From an uncultured Verrucomicrobiae bacterium (GTDB taxonomy: Bacteria; Verrucomicrobiota; Verrucomicrobiia; Limisphaerales; UBA11358), in the NCBI GenBank assembly GCA_963802965.1, contig CAWDKS010000003.1:202819-266818 (forward strand): DNA of 64,000 nucleotides, given 5' to 3'. Under the pieces are notes generated by a model. The model ran no database searches. It worked only from the letters and a program-made list of their open reading frames with translations, and was not told the DNA's origin. This document shows, piece after piece, positions 1-12,284 of the stretch (positions within the stretch are counted from its first letter, which is position 1; every line of letters starts with the position of its first letter). Position numbers and translations under genes: made by a program.

Positions 1-654
1 TGACCGAACCGAACAATTCGCTTTCAATCAATTCGCGCGGCAGGGCGGCGCAATTGATTTTGATGATTTTGTTTTTGCTGCGCGGGCTGAGCGCGTGAAT
101 CAGGTCGGCGATGACTTCCTTGCCCGTGCCGCTTTCGCCGGTGATGAGCACGGTGACGTCGCTGGGCGCGAGGCGCTCGACGGTGCGCACGATCTCCTGC
201 ATGGCCGCGCTGCGGAAAACGGCGAGGCGGCGCCGCTCATGGTTTCCAACGCCCGCCGCAGGCTGCTGTTTTCCTCGCTTTGCTGTTTGCGTTCGATGGC
301 GCACTTGACGTCCGCCAGCAGCTTTTCATTTTCGAAGGGCTTGGAGAGGAAATTATAGGCGCCGCGTTTGCCGGCCTCGGCGGCCATCTCCATCGTTCCC
401 TTGCCCGTGAGCATGATGACCTCGGTGTCAGGCCAGCGTTTTTTGATCTGGGGCAGCAGTTCGAGCCCGTTGTTGTCCGGCCCGCTGCCCAACATCACGT
501 CCAGCACGATCACGTCCGGCTGGGTTTGGGTGAAGGCCTTTTTCAAGGCCGTGCCACTGTCGGCCTCGGCGACCACATAGTCTTTCTCCAAAACCTCGGA
601 CAGCAGAAGACGGATGTGAGCCTCGTCATCAACGATAAGAACTGTTCCATTCAT
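1..654 (-). pseudogene. sigma-54-dependent (NtrC/Fis family) response regulator, 3' end off-window, apparent frameshift
   Basis: The receiver domain MNGTVLIVDDEAHIRLLL...DVIVLDVMLG...LSKPF starts at ATG 654 in the frame of ORF 100..681. The AAA+ activator motifs AAMQEIVRTVERLAPSDVTVLITGESGTGKEVIADLIH...INCAALPRELIESELFGS are hand-translated from 202 down to 2 in a different frame. The frame switch lies somewhere in about 205-245. Confidence 0.7.
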
Positions 655-662
655 AATTCGCG

Positions 663-1427
663 TTATTCGGGTTGTGCACAAACCTGGACAAACCGCTCAA
701 AAATGGCGCGGTGTTTCGCGTATCGCTCCGTCAACCGCTCAGGATGGAATTGCACGCTCAACCAAAACGGCAACGCCCGCGCTGCCTCCGGATTCAATTC
801 CATCGCTTCCACAATTCCATCACGGCTGCGCGCCACCGCCACCAGCGGTTCCGCCGGCCGGAGCACCGCCTGGTGATGCGAGCTGTTCACGCCCAATGTT
901 CGCTTGCCCGTAATCTTGGCCAGCAACGAGCCGGCTGTCAACGCCACTTCATGCACCAAATCACCGGCCTTGTCCAGACGTTGGTGATTGATCGCGCCCG
1001 GCACCTGGCGGCGGATGTCCGCCACCAAATCGCCGCCGAACGCCACATTCAACAATTGGTGCCCGCGGCAAATCGCCAGCAGCGGCTTGCGCTGGCGGAA
1101 GGCCTCGCCAATCAACTGCAACTCGCGCAGATCACGCCCCCCGCCGTCCGGCGTCATCCCGACGGTTTTGCACACGGCGGGCGGCAGACGGTCGGTGTAA
1201 AGATTGGGGTTGATGTCGTCGCCGCCGGTGAGCAACACCCCGTCCGCGCGGCGCACGGCTTCGGCGAGGAGGGCACGGTCGGTTGTTGCCGGCGCCGTGA
1301 CGGGAATGCCGCCGGATTGAAGGACGGCGAAATCGTATTTGACCGAGAGGCTGATGGACAAATCGTGAAACTCGACCCCGCGTTTTTCAATGCTGGGGGA
1401 AACAAGAATCAAGGGCGGCTTGGCCAT
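663..1427 (-). CDS. class-I glutamine amidotransferase-like peptidase C26 (gamma-glutamyl-GABA hydrolase family)
   Basis: ORF 663..1436 with an internal ATG at 1427 (MAKPPLILV). Motifs AICRGHQLLNVAFGG, SSHHQAV and QFHPE match the Cys-His-Glu amidotransferase triad context. Confidence 0.8.
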   Translation of the reverse strand: MAKPPLILVSPSIEKRGVEFHDLSISLSVKYDFAVLQSGGIPVTAPATTDRALLAEAVRRADGVLLTGGDDINPNLYTDRLPPAVCKTVGMTPDGGGRDLRELQLIGEAFRQRKPLLAICRGHQLLNVAFGGDLVADIRRQVPGAINHQRLDKAGDLVHEVALTAGSLLAKITGKRTLGVNSSHHQAVLRPAEPLVAVARSRDGIVEAMELNPEAARALPFWLSVQFHPERLTERYAKHRAIFERFVQVCAQPE

Positions 1428-1524
1428 TTCCCTCAATAATAAGGAGATTTGGCCGTATTGTCATGGCAAAATCAGCGGGAAACCTCAGGGGTTTTAACAC
1501 CATAAAAATAAACAAAAAAACCTC

Positions 1525-1552
1525 TTGCACGGGTCTGGCGGGCTGGTAGATT
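1525..1552 (+). promoter_or_regulatory. candidate rRNA promoter P1 (sigma70-like)
   Basis: TTGCAC (1525-1530), a 16-nt spacer, then TAGATT (1547-1552). An A-rich tract (aaaataaacaaaaaaa) lies upstream, and the site is about 340 nt upstream of the 16S. Confidence 0.45.
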
Positions 1553-1603
1553 GTTTTTTCAGACGCTTTCGTTTGACGGAAGCAAAACCGGCGAAAAAGC
1601 CTG

Positions 1604-1631
1604 TTGACAACCGGCGCGAACCTGATAAATT
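1604..1631 (+). promoter_or_regulatory. candidate rRNA promoter P2 (sigma70-like)
   Basis: TTGACA (1604-1609), a 16-nt spacer, then TAAATT (1626-1631), with gcgaaaaagc upstream. Confidence 0.5.
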
Positions 1632-1892
1632 CCGCGCCCTCAAACTCGAATCTGGATGCCGAGTTAAAAAAGAAGAATTCGGCTGTCAGGTTTGTTGTCG
1701 TTTGAATGGGAAAGACGGCTGGATGTTTTGATTGAATTTTCGGGTGTTTTGGACACCCGCTGCTCATTGAAAATTGAATTGTGCGATAAGTGAGAGCCCC
1801 TTCAAGGGCAGTCCGTTAGTGATTGTCTTTGGAGAGTTTTAATAATTGTAATTCGTCCGATTAATCATCGGACAGGAATTAAACTAACGTTT

Positions 1893-3455
<1,563 letters not shown>

Positions 3456-3596
3456 ACCAAGGGTCCGCGATAAAAAGCGGACTTTGAGGTCGAACCCCGG
3501 TGCAAACCGGGGGACTAGGCTCAACACCTTATCGCACAGTTCAGTTTTCCAATGGGCAGTCATGCTCTTTGGCAAGTGGAAGAGAATCGAACTCGA

Positions 3597-3666
3597 GATT
3601 TACGATATATGATTTACGATTGGGGTGCCGGTTGGTTGGCCAATCGTAAATCCGAAATCGTAAATC
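3597..3666. repeat. inverted repeat with 7-nt-periodic arms (AATCGTA units) in the 16S-tRNA spacer
   Basis: The left arm gatttacgatatatgatttacgatt (3597-3621) is complementary to the right arm aatcgta aatccga aatcgta aatc (3642-3666). The loop is ggggtgccggttggttggcc. Confidence 0.8.
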
Positions 3667-3677
3667 AAAAATGGGCT

Positions 3678-3753
3678 GGGGCTGTAGCTCAGTTGGTAGA
3701 GCGGTAGCTTTGCAAGCTATAGGTCAGGAGTTCGAGTCTCCTCAGCTCCACCA
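3678..3753 (+). tRNA. tRNA-Ala (TGC), CCA encoded
   Basis: Hand-folded cloverleaf: acceptor GGGGCTG/CAGCTCC with G3:U70, anticodon loop TTTGCAA, T-loop GGTTCGAGTCC-like. Confidence 0.95.
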
Positions 3754-3784
3754 GCCTTCGCTCGCAGCGAAGCAAGAGCGAGGC

Positions 3785-3815
3785 TGCCGCGCCGGAGCGA
3801 AGCGAAGGCGGGCGG
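3785..3815. repeat. 31-nt motif TGCCGCGCCGGAGCGAAGCGAAGGCGGGCGG, copy 1
   Basis: Lies about 30 nt downstream of tRNA-Ala. Near-identical copies occur at 3972-4002 and 31801-31831. Confidence 0.8.
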
Positions 3816-3873
3816 TTGAGCGCACACCGAAGTTTGAGTGCTGCGAGCTACGGCTCGGCAGGCCGGAAATTCC

Positions 3874-3950
3874 GGGCGTGTAGCTCAGTTGGTTAGAGCA
3901 TGCGCTTGATAAGCGCAGGGTCACTGGTTCGAGTCCAGTCACGCCCACCA
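3874..3950 (+). tRNA. tRNA-Ile (GAT), CCA encoded
   Basis: Acceptor GGGCGTG/CACGCCC, anticodon stem TGCGC/GCGCA with loop TTGATAA, T-arm CTGGTTCGAGTCCAG. Confidence 0.95.
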
Positions 3951-3971
3951 TTTTTTCGCTCCGCGGAAAAA

Positions 3972-4002
3972 TGCCGCGCCGGAGCAGAGCGAAGGCGGGC
4001 GG
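3972..4002. repeat. 31-nt motif TGCCGCGCCGGAGCAGAGCGAAGGCGGGCGG, copy 2
   Basis: Lies about 20 nt downstream of tRNA-Ile and differs from copy 1 at two adjacent positions. Confidence 0.8.
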
Positions 4003-4175
4003 GACATGGTCTCCACTTGCAGAAACAATTTTACCGGAACGGATTGTCCGGGCTCAAAAGGCTTGGACAAAAAGGTTCGGGATGTTCTTTGACAACTACA
4101 CATAGGTAATTCTAGGGCAAATACAGTTCGTTGAGTTCCTGCAACCTCGAAGGAGGTTGTTAGGTAAACTTTTGT

Positions 4176-7076
<2,901 letters not shown>

Positions 7077-7200
7077 TTTTTCTTTGCCTGTAGCCGCGAA
7101 CTTCGGTTCGCGAACTCCAGTCAGGGATTGGCGAATTTAACTCGCGAATTGGGAATGCCCAAAGAATCCTGTGTGTAGTTTTCAGAGAACGTTGTTCTTT

Positions 7201-7290
7201 GTCAGTAGTTGGCAGTCAGTAGTCAGCAGCGTGGGAATTGGGAAAGTCTGTTCCCTGCTAAGAGCAAGGATTGCTGACTGTTAACTGAAT
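7201..7290. repeat. 7-nt-periodic repeat (GTCAGTA units) with a partial inverted partner, in the 23S-5S spacer
   Basis: gtcagta gttggca gtcagta gtcagca at 7201-7228, with the complementary ttgctgactgttaactga at about 7271-7288. The same unit family is found inside mfd at 34711-34792. Confidence 0.6.
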
Positions 7291-7294
7291 ACTT

Positions 7295-7410
7295 TTTGGT
7301 GGCCTTAAAGCTGTGGTCCGACCCGATCCCATTCCGAACTCGGCCGTCAAACACAGCGTTGCCGATGGTAGTAGTCCTATAGGTTCTGCGAGAGTAGGTA
7401 GCCGCCAGTC
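7295..7410 (+). rRNA. rrf: 5S ribosomal RNA
   Basis: Helix I TTGGTGGCC/GGTAGCCGCCAG, plus the conserved CCGAACTC...GCCGATGGTAGT...GCGAGAGTAGG. Confidence 0.93.
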
Positions 7411-7422
7411 TTTCAATGAAAA

Positions 7423-7452
7423 CCCGGAGAAATTTCTCCGGGTTTTTATTTT
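7423..7452. terminator. rho-independent terminator, plausibly bidirectional (rrn operon and rmuC)
   Basis: An 8-bp stem CCCGGAGA/TCTCCGGG with loop AATT is followed by TTTTTATTTT. An A-run on the other side gives a T-tract for the convergent rmuC. Confidence 0.8.
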
Positions 7453-7483
7453 GGAACCTTTGCGTCGTCTTGCGAAATTCGCG

Positions 7484-8806
7484 TCATCCTTGAGCCTTTG
7501 GCGGCAGGCGCAATGTCGAATCGGTCGGCGGTGCATCTTCACTTGCCTTTTCGAGCAGCGCGTTCGGAAGCGACTTTGCAGCCCTTGCGCCCAATTGTTT
7601 TAACTTCTCCGTCTGACTGACGAGGTTTCCCGATCCGGTGTGAAGTTTGGTTGAGGCGTCTTCCCACGCGTTGCGCGCCTTGCCGAGCGCATCGCCCACG
7701 GCTTGCAAATCTTCCACAAAGCCGGCGAACTTGTCGTAAAGTTTGCCGCCGCGGTCGGCGATTTCGAGGACGTGTTTTTGTTGGTCGGCCAGCCGCCAGA
7801 CGTGCGCGACCGTGCGGAGGGTGGCCAGCAAAGTCGAGTTGGTGATGAGCACGACGTTGTGATCCAACGCTTCGGCGAACAATCGCGGCTCGCGCGCGAT
7901 TGCTGCGAAAAACGCCGCCTCAATGGGTACATACATCAGCACGAAATCCGGCGTATTAATGCCATGGATGTCCTGATAACGCTTCGCGCCGAGGTCGCGG
8001 AAATGTTTGCGCAACGCCTCGACATGCCGGTCAAGGCCGGCGAGCCTGGCCGCATCATCAGGCGCATTTACGGATTCCTCGTAGGCACGCAACGAAACTT
8101 TGGAGTCAATCACCAGATTGCGTCTCTCCGGCAATTCCACAATTACGTCGAGAAAGCGCTGGTCACCTTCAGCATCCTTCGCGCTGCGTTGCCGATGATA
8201 GTGAATATCCTTCTGTAACCCGGACTTTTCGAGGATCTGGTCGAGCATGTTCTCACCCCAGTTGCCCAGCACCTTTACATCACCCTTGAGCGCCCTAGAA
8301 AGATTCGCCGCTTCCGCGCCAATGCGGCTGACCTGCTCTTTGAGCAGCGCGCTGTTTGTGGTTGTCGCGTCGTGGGTTTTATCGAGGCTGGCTTTAAACT
8401 CGCCGAGTTTTTCTTTCAACGGCTTGAGCACGTTTTCCAGACTTTCGGCGGACTGGCGGTTGAGATTGCTCGTATTCTCTGCGATAAGCTTGGTCGAAAT
8501 GGTTTCAAACTCCTTGCGAAATCTTTCCTGAATCGTCTCGATTTGCTGTCGCTCGGCCGAGAGCTGCTCTTTGAGAAACGTCAACTCCGAGTCCAATTCA
8601 CCATTGCGTTTCTCCAATCGCGCCGCGTTTGCGTTGGCCTGTTCGCGCTCGGAACGCAATTCCAACTCGCGCTGTTTGATTTGCTCCTGCAAAACATTTT
8701 CCAAACGTGAATCGGAACTTTTGCCGCTCCATTTCAGCCAGCCGAAGAAAAATCCCAGCGCGCCGCCGGCAAGCAGCGCAATCAAAAGTTGGATTCCGAG
8801 TGACAT
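7484..8806 (-). CDS. rmuC: DNA recombination protein RmuC
   Basis: ORF 7484..8896. The start is taken at ATG 8806 (MSLGIQLLIALLAGGALGFFFGW), because the 30 upstream codons are the translated palindromic repeat. The protein has an N-terminal TM and coiled coil, then the RmuC core (VIDSKVSLRAYEE, PDFVLMYVPIEAAF). Confidence 0.85.
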   Translation of the reverse strand: MSLGIQLLIALLAGGALGFFFGWLKWSGKSSDSRLENVLQEQIKQRELELRSEREQANANAARLEKRNGELDSELTFLKEQLSAERQQIETIQERFRKEFETISTKLIAENTSNLNRQSAESLENVLKPLKEKLGEFKASLDKTHDATTTNSALLKEQVSRIGAEAANLSRALKGDVKVLGNWGENMLDQILEKSGLQKDIHYHRQRSAKDAEGDQRFLDVIVELPERRNLVIDSKVSLRAYEESVNAPDDAARLAGLDRHVEALRKHFRDLGAKRYQDIHGINTPDFVLMYVPIEAAFFAAIAREPRLFAEALDHNVVLITNSTLLATLRTVAHVWRLADQQKHVLEIADRGGKLYDKFAGFVEDLQAVGDALGKARNAWEDASTKLHTGSGNLVSQTEKLKQLGARAAKSLPNALLEKASEDAPPTDSTLRLPPKAQG

Positions 8807-8815
8807 TATGTTTTT

Positions 8816-8886
8816 GTAGCAGCCGAGGTGACGAGGCTCAAATTTTTGGTCAAATCTAGTTAGAGCCGGCTCACGCCGGCTGCTAC
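8816..8886. repeat. palindromic element, TGTAG family (intergenic, rmuC-ridA)
   Basis: The arms are GTAGCAGCCGAGGTGACGAGGCTC (8816-8839) and GAGCCGGCTCACGCCGGCTGCTAC (8863-8886). Both are 24 nt and the pairing is imperfect. Confidence 0.75.
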
Positions 8887-8892
8887 GAGTAA

Positions 8893-9273
8893 TCAAAAGT
8901 GCGCGACGACCTCGATTTCCACGTTTGCGCCTTTGGGCAACGCGGCGACCTGGACGGTTGAACGCGCCGGGAAATCGCTCGTGAAATGTTTTGCGTAAAC
9001 CTCGTTCATCCCGGCGAAGTCGGCGAGGTTCGTCAGAAACACCGTGCTTTTCACGACACTGGCAAACGTCAATTTCTGGTCGTCCAGGATGGCTTTGACG
9101 TTCTGGAGCACGCGCTCGGTTTGCGTTTTGATGTCGCCGGAAATCAGATTGCCCGTGGCGGGATCAATCGGGATTTGGCCGGCGCAGAACAGGAGGTCGC
9201 CGACGCGCACAGCCTGATTGTAGGGGCCGACGGCGGCGGGTGATTTCGCGGGTTTAATGATGGTTTTTTTCAT
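8893..9273 (-). CDS. ridA: RidA family reactive-intermediate/imine deaminase
   Basis: 126 aa of the YjgF/UK114 family: GPYNQAVRVGDLLFCAGQIPIDP...GANVEIEVVA. Confidence 0.88.
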   Translation of the reverse strand: MKKTIIKPAKSPAAVGPYNQAVRVGDLLFCAGQIPIDPATGNLISGDIKTQTERVLQNVKAILDDQKLTFASVVKSTVFLTNLADFAGMNEVYAKHFTSDFPARSTVQVAALPKGANVEIEVVAHF

Positions 9274-9310
9274 TGGTTGAAGGTTGAAAGATGGATGTTG
9301 ATAAAGGCAA

Positions 9311-10231
9311 TCAAAGATATTTTGCCAGAATGGGTTTCAGCTCGGTAACAGTTTTCTTCGGCCAGAACTTTTTGTCGGTCAGGATGGCGTTCTTGAGCGC
9401 GGAATGACATGGCCAGTCCGGTTCGGCGGGAATTTCGGCGATGGCGGCGGTGACGATTTTTTTCGCCGTGTCGGCGTTGCGATGCAGGTTGCCGATGATC
9501 ATTGCCAGCGTGACGTGTTCGTCCTCCTTCCAGCAATCGTAGTCGGTGGACATCGCGAGCGTGGCGTAGGCGATTTCCGCTTCGCGGGCGCATTTGGCCT
9601 CGCCGAGGTTCGTCATGCCGATGACGTCATATCCGGCGCGGTGGTTGGTGAGCGATTCGGCGCGGGTGCTGAACGCCGGGCCTTCCATGTTCACATAGGT
9701 GCCGCCATCGTGAATCGTCACACTTCGGAGGGACGAGCTACGCGAGTCCCTGTTTGAAATCTTGGGAATTGGGGACTCGTGTAACTCGTCCCTCCCAACT
9801 TTTAATAAAATTTGCCGCAGTTCCTCGCAAATTGGATGCGCAAACGCGACGTGCGCCACGATGCCGCGGCCAAAAAAGGTGTGGGCCAGCGATTGTTTGG
9901 TGCGGTCCACAAACTGGTCAACGAGCACGATGTCGCAGGGCTTGCATTTTTCCTGCAACGACCCGACGGCGCTGACGCTGATGATCCAGGCGACGCCGAG
10001 TTTTTTCATCGCCCAGATATTGGCCCGATGGTTGAGTTCGCTGGGCAGGATGCGGTGGCCCCGGCCATGCCGCGGCAGAAAGACAATGTCGCGCCCGGCC
10101 AATTTGCCGGTGAGCAAATCATCCGATGGCGGACCAAAGGGCGTCCTGACCTTCACCCATTTTTGCCCCGTGAAGCCTTCGATGTTGTAGAGGCCGGTGC
10201 CGCCGATGATGCCGATGCGATAATCAGACAT
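9311..10231 (-). CDS. mtnP: S-methyl-5'-thioadenosine phosphorylase
   Basis: IGIIGGTGLY, FLPRHGRGH and GMTNLGEAKCAREAEIAYATLAMSTDYDCW. The protein carries a 23-codon repeat-derived insertion (see repeat 9727..9795). Confidence 0.88.
   Translation of the reverse strand: MSDYRIGIIGGTGLYNIEGFTGQKWVKVRTPFGPPSDDLLTGKLAGRDIVFLPRHGRGHRILPSELNHRANIWAMKKLGVAWIISVSAVGSLQEKCKPCDIVLVDQFVDRTKQSLAHTFFGRGIVAHVAFAHPICEELRQILLKVGRDELHESPIPKISNRDSRSSSLRSVTIHDGGTYVNMEGPAFSTRAESLTNHRAGYDVIGMTNLGEAKCAREAEIAYATLAMSTDYDCWKEDEHVTLAMIIGNLHRNADTAKKIVTAAIAEIPAEPDWPCHSALKNAILTDKKFWPKKTVTELKPILAKYL
9727..9795. repeat. palindromic element (GGAGGGACGAG...CTCGTCCCTCC) in frame inside mtnP
   Basis: 24-nt arms GGAGGGACGAGCTACGCGAGTCCC (9727-9750) and GGGACTCGTGTAACTCGTCCCTCC (9772-9795) with 2 transition mismatches. 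The total is 69 nt, or 23 codons. Confidence 0.8.
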
Positions 10232-10316
10232 GGCGGGTTTATAGCATTGGCGCGGCCAAAAGTCGCCAATGTTTTTCTCGGCTGGCGCTCACGGGGAAAT
10301 CAGATAGGCTGTGCGC

Positions 10317-11405
10317 ATGGAACTGTTCTATAATATCCTCAAAACAGCGGTGGAAGGCGGCGCATCGGACGTGCATCTGAAAATCGGCACGCCGGTCATC
10401 TACCGCATCAACCGCGAATTGATCGCGGTGGATTCCCCCTTCCCCACGGCGGAATGGATGAACAAAGTCGTCGAAACCATCACGCCGGTGCATCAAAAAA
10501 AACGCCTCGAAGAGCAGCGCGAAATTGACTTTTCCTACTTCGTCCCAGAACTCGGAAGGTTCCGCACGAATTTGTTTCAACAGCGCGGCGAGTGGTGTCT
10601 GGCCATGCGTTTCGTCAAAACGCGCGTGCCGAGCTTCGAGGAACTCGGTTTGGTGCCGCAAATCAAGCAGATAGCGCAATCGCCGCGCGGCATCGTGCTC
10701 CTGGCCGGATCAACCGGCTGCGGCAAATCCACAACCCTTGCGGCCATGGTTGAGCACATCAACTCCAACTTCAAAAAGCACGTCATCACGCTCGAAGACC
10801 CGATCGAATACATTTTTGAGGACAATCAATCCGTGATCGAACAGCGCGAAATCGGCCTGGATACGCTGTCCTTTCACCATGCGCTCATTCACGTTCTGCG
10901 CCAGGACCCGGACATCATCATGATCGGCGAAATGCGCGACGACGTCAGTTTCACGGCCGCGATGAGCGCGGCGGACACCGGACATCTCGTCTTGTCCACC
11001 GTGCATACCACGAACGCGTCGCAATCCATCCATCGCATTCTCGATTTTTTCAAGGCGGAGGAGCGCGAGCAGTTGCGCCGGCAGCTCGCCGGATCGTTGC
11101 GCGCGGTGATTTGCCAGCGCATGGTCGGCACGGTGGACGGCAAGCAGACCCCGGCGTTTGAAATTTTGCTCGACACGCCGCTGGTGCGGAAACTCATTGA
11201 AGAAAACCGCCTGGATAAACTGGCGGGGGCCATTGAGACCGGCGCCGATGACGGAATGATCAGCTTCAATCAGTCGCTCTTCAATCTGGTCAAAGCGGGC
11301 CGTGTGTCGGAAAAGGAAGCGATGTCGAAGGCGACCAATCCGCAGGCGCTGGAGATGAATTTCAAGGGCATCTTCCTCGACGAAGGCCGGCGAATTCTCT
11401 CCTGA
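10317..11405 (+). CDS. pilT: type IV pilus twitching-motility ATPase, PilT family
   Basis: MELFYNILKTAVEGGASDVHL, Walker A GSTGCGKSTT, Walker B IIMIGEMRD, His box LVLSTVHT. The ORF track starts at GTG 10311. Confidence 0.88.
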   Translation: MELFYNILKTAVEGGASDVHLKIGTPVIYRINRELIAVDSPFPTAEWMNKVVETITPVHQKKRLEEQREIDFSYFVPELGRFRTNLFQQRGEWCLAMRFVKTRVPSFEELGLVPQIKQIAQSPRGIVLLAGSTGCGKSTTLAAMVEHINSNFKKHVITLEDPIEYIFEDNQSVIEQREIGLDTLSFHHALIHVLRQDPDIIMIGEMRDDVSFTAAMSAADTGHLVLSTVHTTNASQSIHRILDFFKAEEREQLRRQLAGSLRAVICQRMVGTVDGKQTPAFEILLDTPLVRKLIEENRLDKLAGAIETGADDGMISFNQSLFNLVKAGRVSEKEAMSKATNPQALEMNFKGIFLDEGRRILS

Positions 11406-11480
11406 GAAGATCAGCAGTTCCTCTTGCACACAGCTTCGCCGGGCTTGACTTAATTGCGACATGCCTTATCGTCTTTCAAG

Positions 11481-11942
11481 ATGCGAATATCAAAAAAAAC
11501 CGATTATGCGTTACGCGCCCTTTTCACATTGGCGGACCATTTTGGCGGTGCGCCGATTCCCATCCGCGAACTTGCCCGGCGTAACGACGTTCCGAAACCA
11601 TTTCTTGAGCAAATCATGCTGGCGTTGAAGGCCCAAGGCTGGGTGGGCAGCGCGGCGGGAATCCGCGGCGGTTATGTGCTCGCAAAAAGTCCATCGAAGA
11701 TCACCTTGGGCGAAGTGGTGCGGCATTTTGATGGCATTATTGCGCCAATTGACTGTGTTTCCGTCATTGGCTACAAACGATGTTCACAGGAACCGGTTTG
11801 CCGGTTTCGCCGTGTTTTTCTTGACGCGCGCAATTACGTGGCCGGATTGATGGATCGCGCGACCCTGGCCGAGGTCACCAAAGGCGCGCCGGTGTCCAAA
11901 CGCGAGGTTTCCGCCGGTTTTATTGGCGGGGAAGGCATCTGA
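11481..11942 (+). CDS. Rrf2 family transcriptional regulator (three-Cys, Fe-S type)
   Basis: MRISKKTDYALRALFTLA with a winged HTH, and the Cys triad PIDCVSVIGYKRCSQEPVC. It lies immediately upstream of the sulfate-uptake genes. Confidence 0.85.
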   Translation: MRISKKTDYALRALFTLADHFGGAPIPIRELARRNDVPKPFLEQIMLALKAQGWVGSAAGIRGGYVLAKSPSKITLGEVVRHFDGIIAPIDCVSVIGYKRCSQEPVCRFRRVFLDARNYVAGLMDRATLAEVTKGAPVSKREVSAGFIGGEGI

Positions 11943-11962
11943 AAAAAATTTCAAAAAAGCTG

Positions 11963-12012
11963 TTGACAGTTTTGACAACTCGTGGATAATAACGACAATA
12001 TTAGTCGTTATT
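11963..12012 (+). promoter_or_regulatory. candidate promoter plus palindromic operator of the sulfate-uptake operon
   Basis: TTGACA (11963-11968), a 16-nt spacer, then GATAAT (11985-11990). This overlaps a 9-bp-arm palindrome AATAACGAC-aatatta-GTCGTTATT (11988-12012). Confidence 0.5.
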
Positions 12013-12017
12013 AGATC

Positions 12018-12206
12018 ATGAATGCGATTCAGGTCAAAGCTAGTGGAAGCGCCGATGAAAAGCCCGGCTGGCTGGAAATCGTGCGTCGGCAGGTTGGTTC
12101 GCTGCGCTACGGCATGGTGCAAATCGTCGTGCATGATTCGCATGTCACGCAGATTGACAGGACCGAGCGCGTGCGTCTGGACAAGCCGCGAACTCAAAAC
12201 ATTTAA
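12018..12206 (+). CDS. YezD/DUF2292-like small protein
   Basis: 62 aa. The segment LRYGMVQIVVHDSHVTQIDRTERVRL resembles the GSV-I-VHDG-VVQIE--EK-R core that I recall for YezD-type proteins, which typically neighbour sulfur-assimilation genes. Confidence 0.65.
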   Translation: MNAIQVKASGSADEKPGWLEIVRRQVGSLRYGMVQIVVHDSHVTQIDRTERVRLDKPRTQNI

Positions 12207-12284
12207 CCGACCAGAACACTGGAGGCAAAACCCGGAACGAAAAATGCCGACCGGGAAAACCAGAAGCTGAATGAAAAACAAGCA

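Noticed and set aside
8807-8896. A 30-codon N-terminal extension of rmuC (MITRSSRREPALTRFDQKFEPRHLGCYKNI)
   Set aside because: It is the literal translation of the intergenic palindromic element. A good ATG followed by the membrane anchor lies at 8806, and the extension would overlap the ridA stop.
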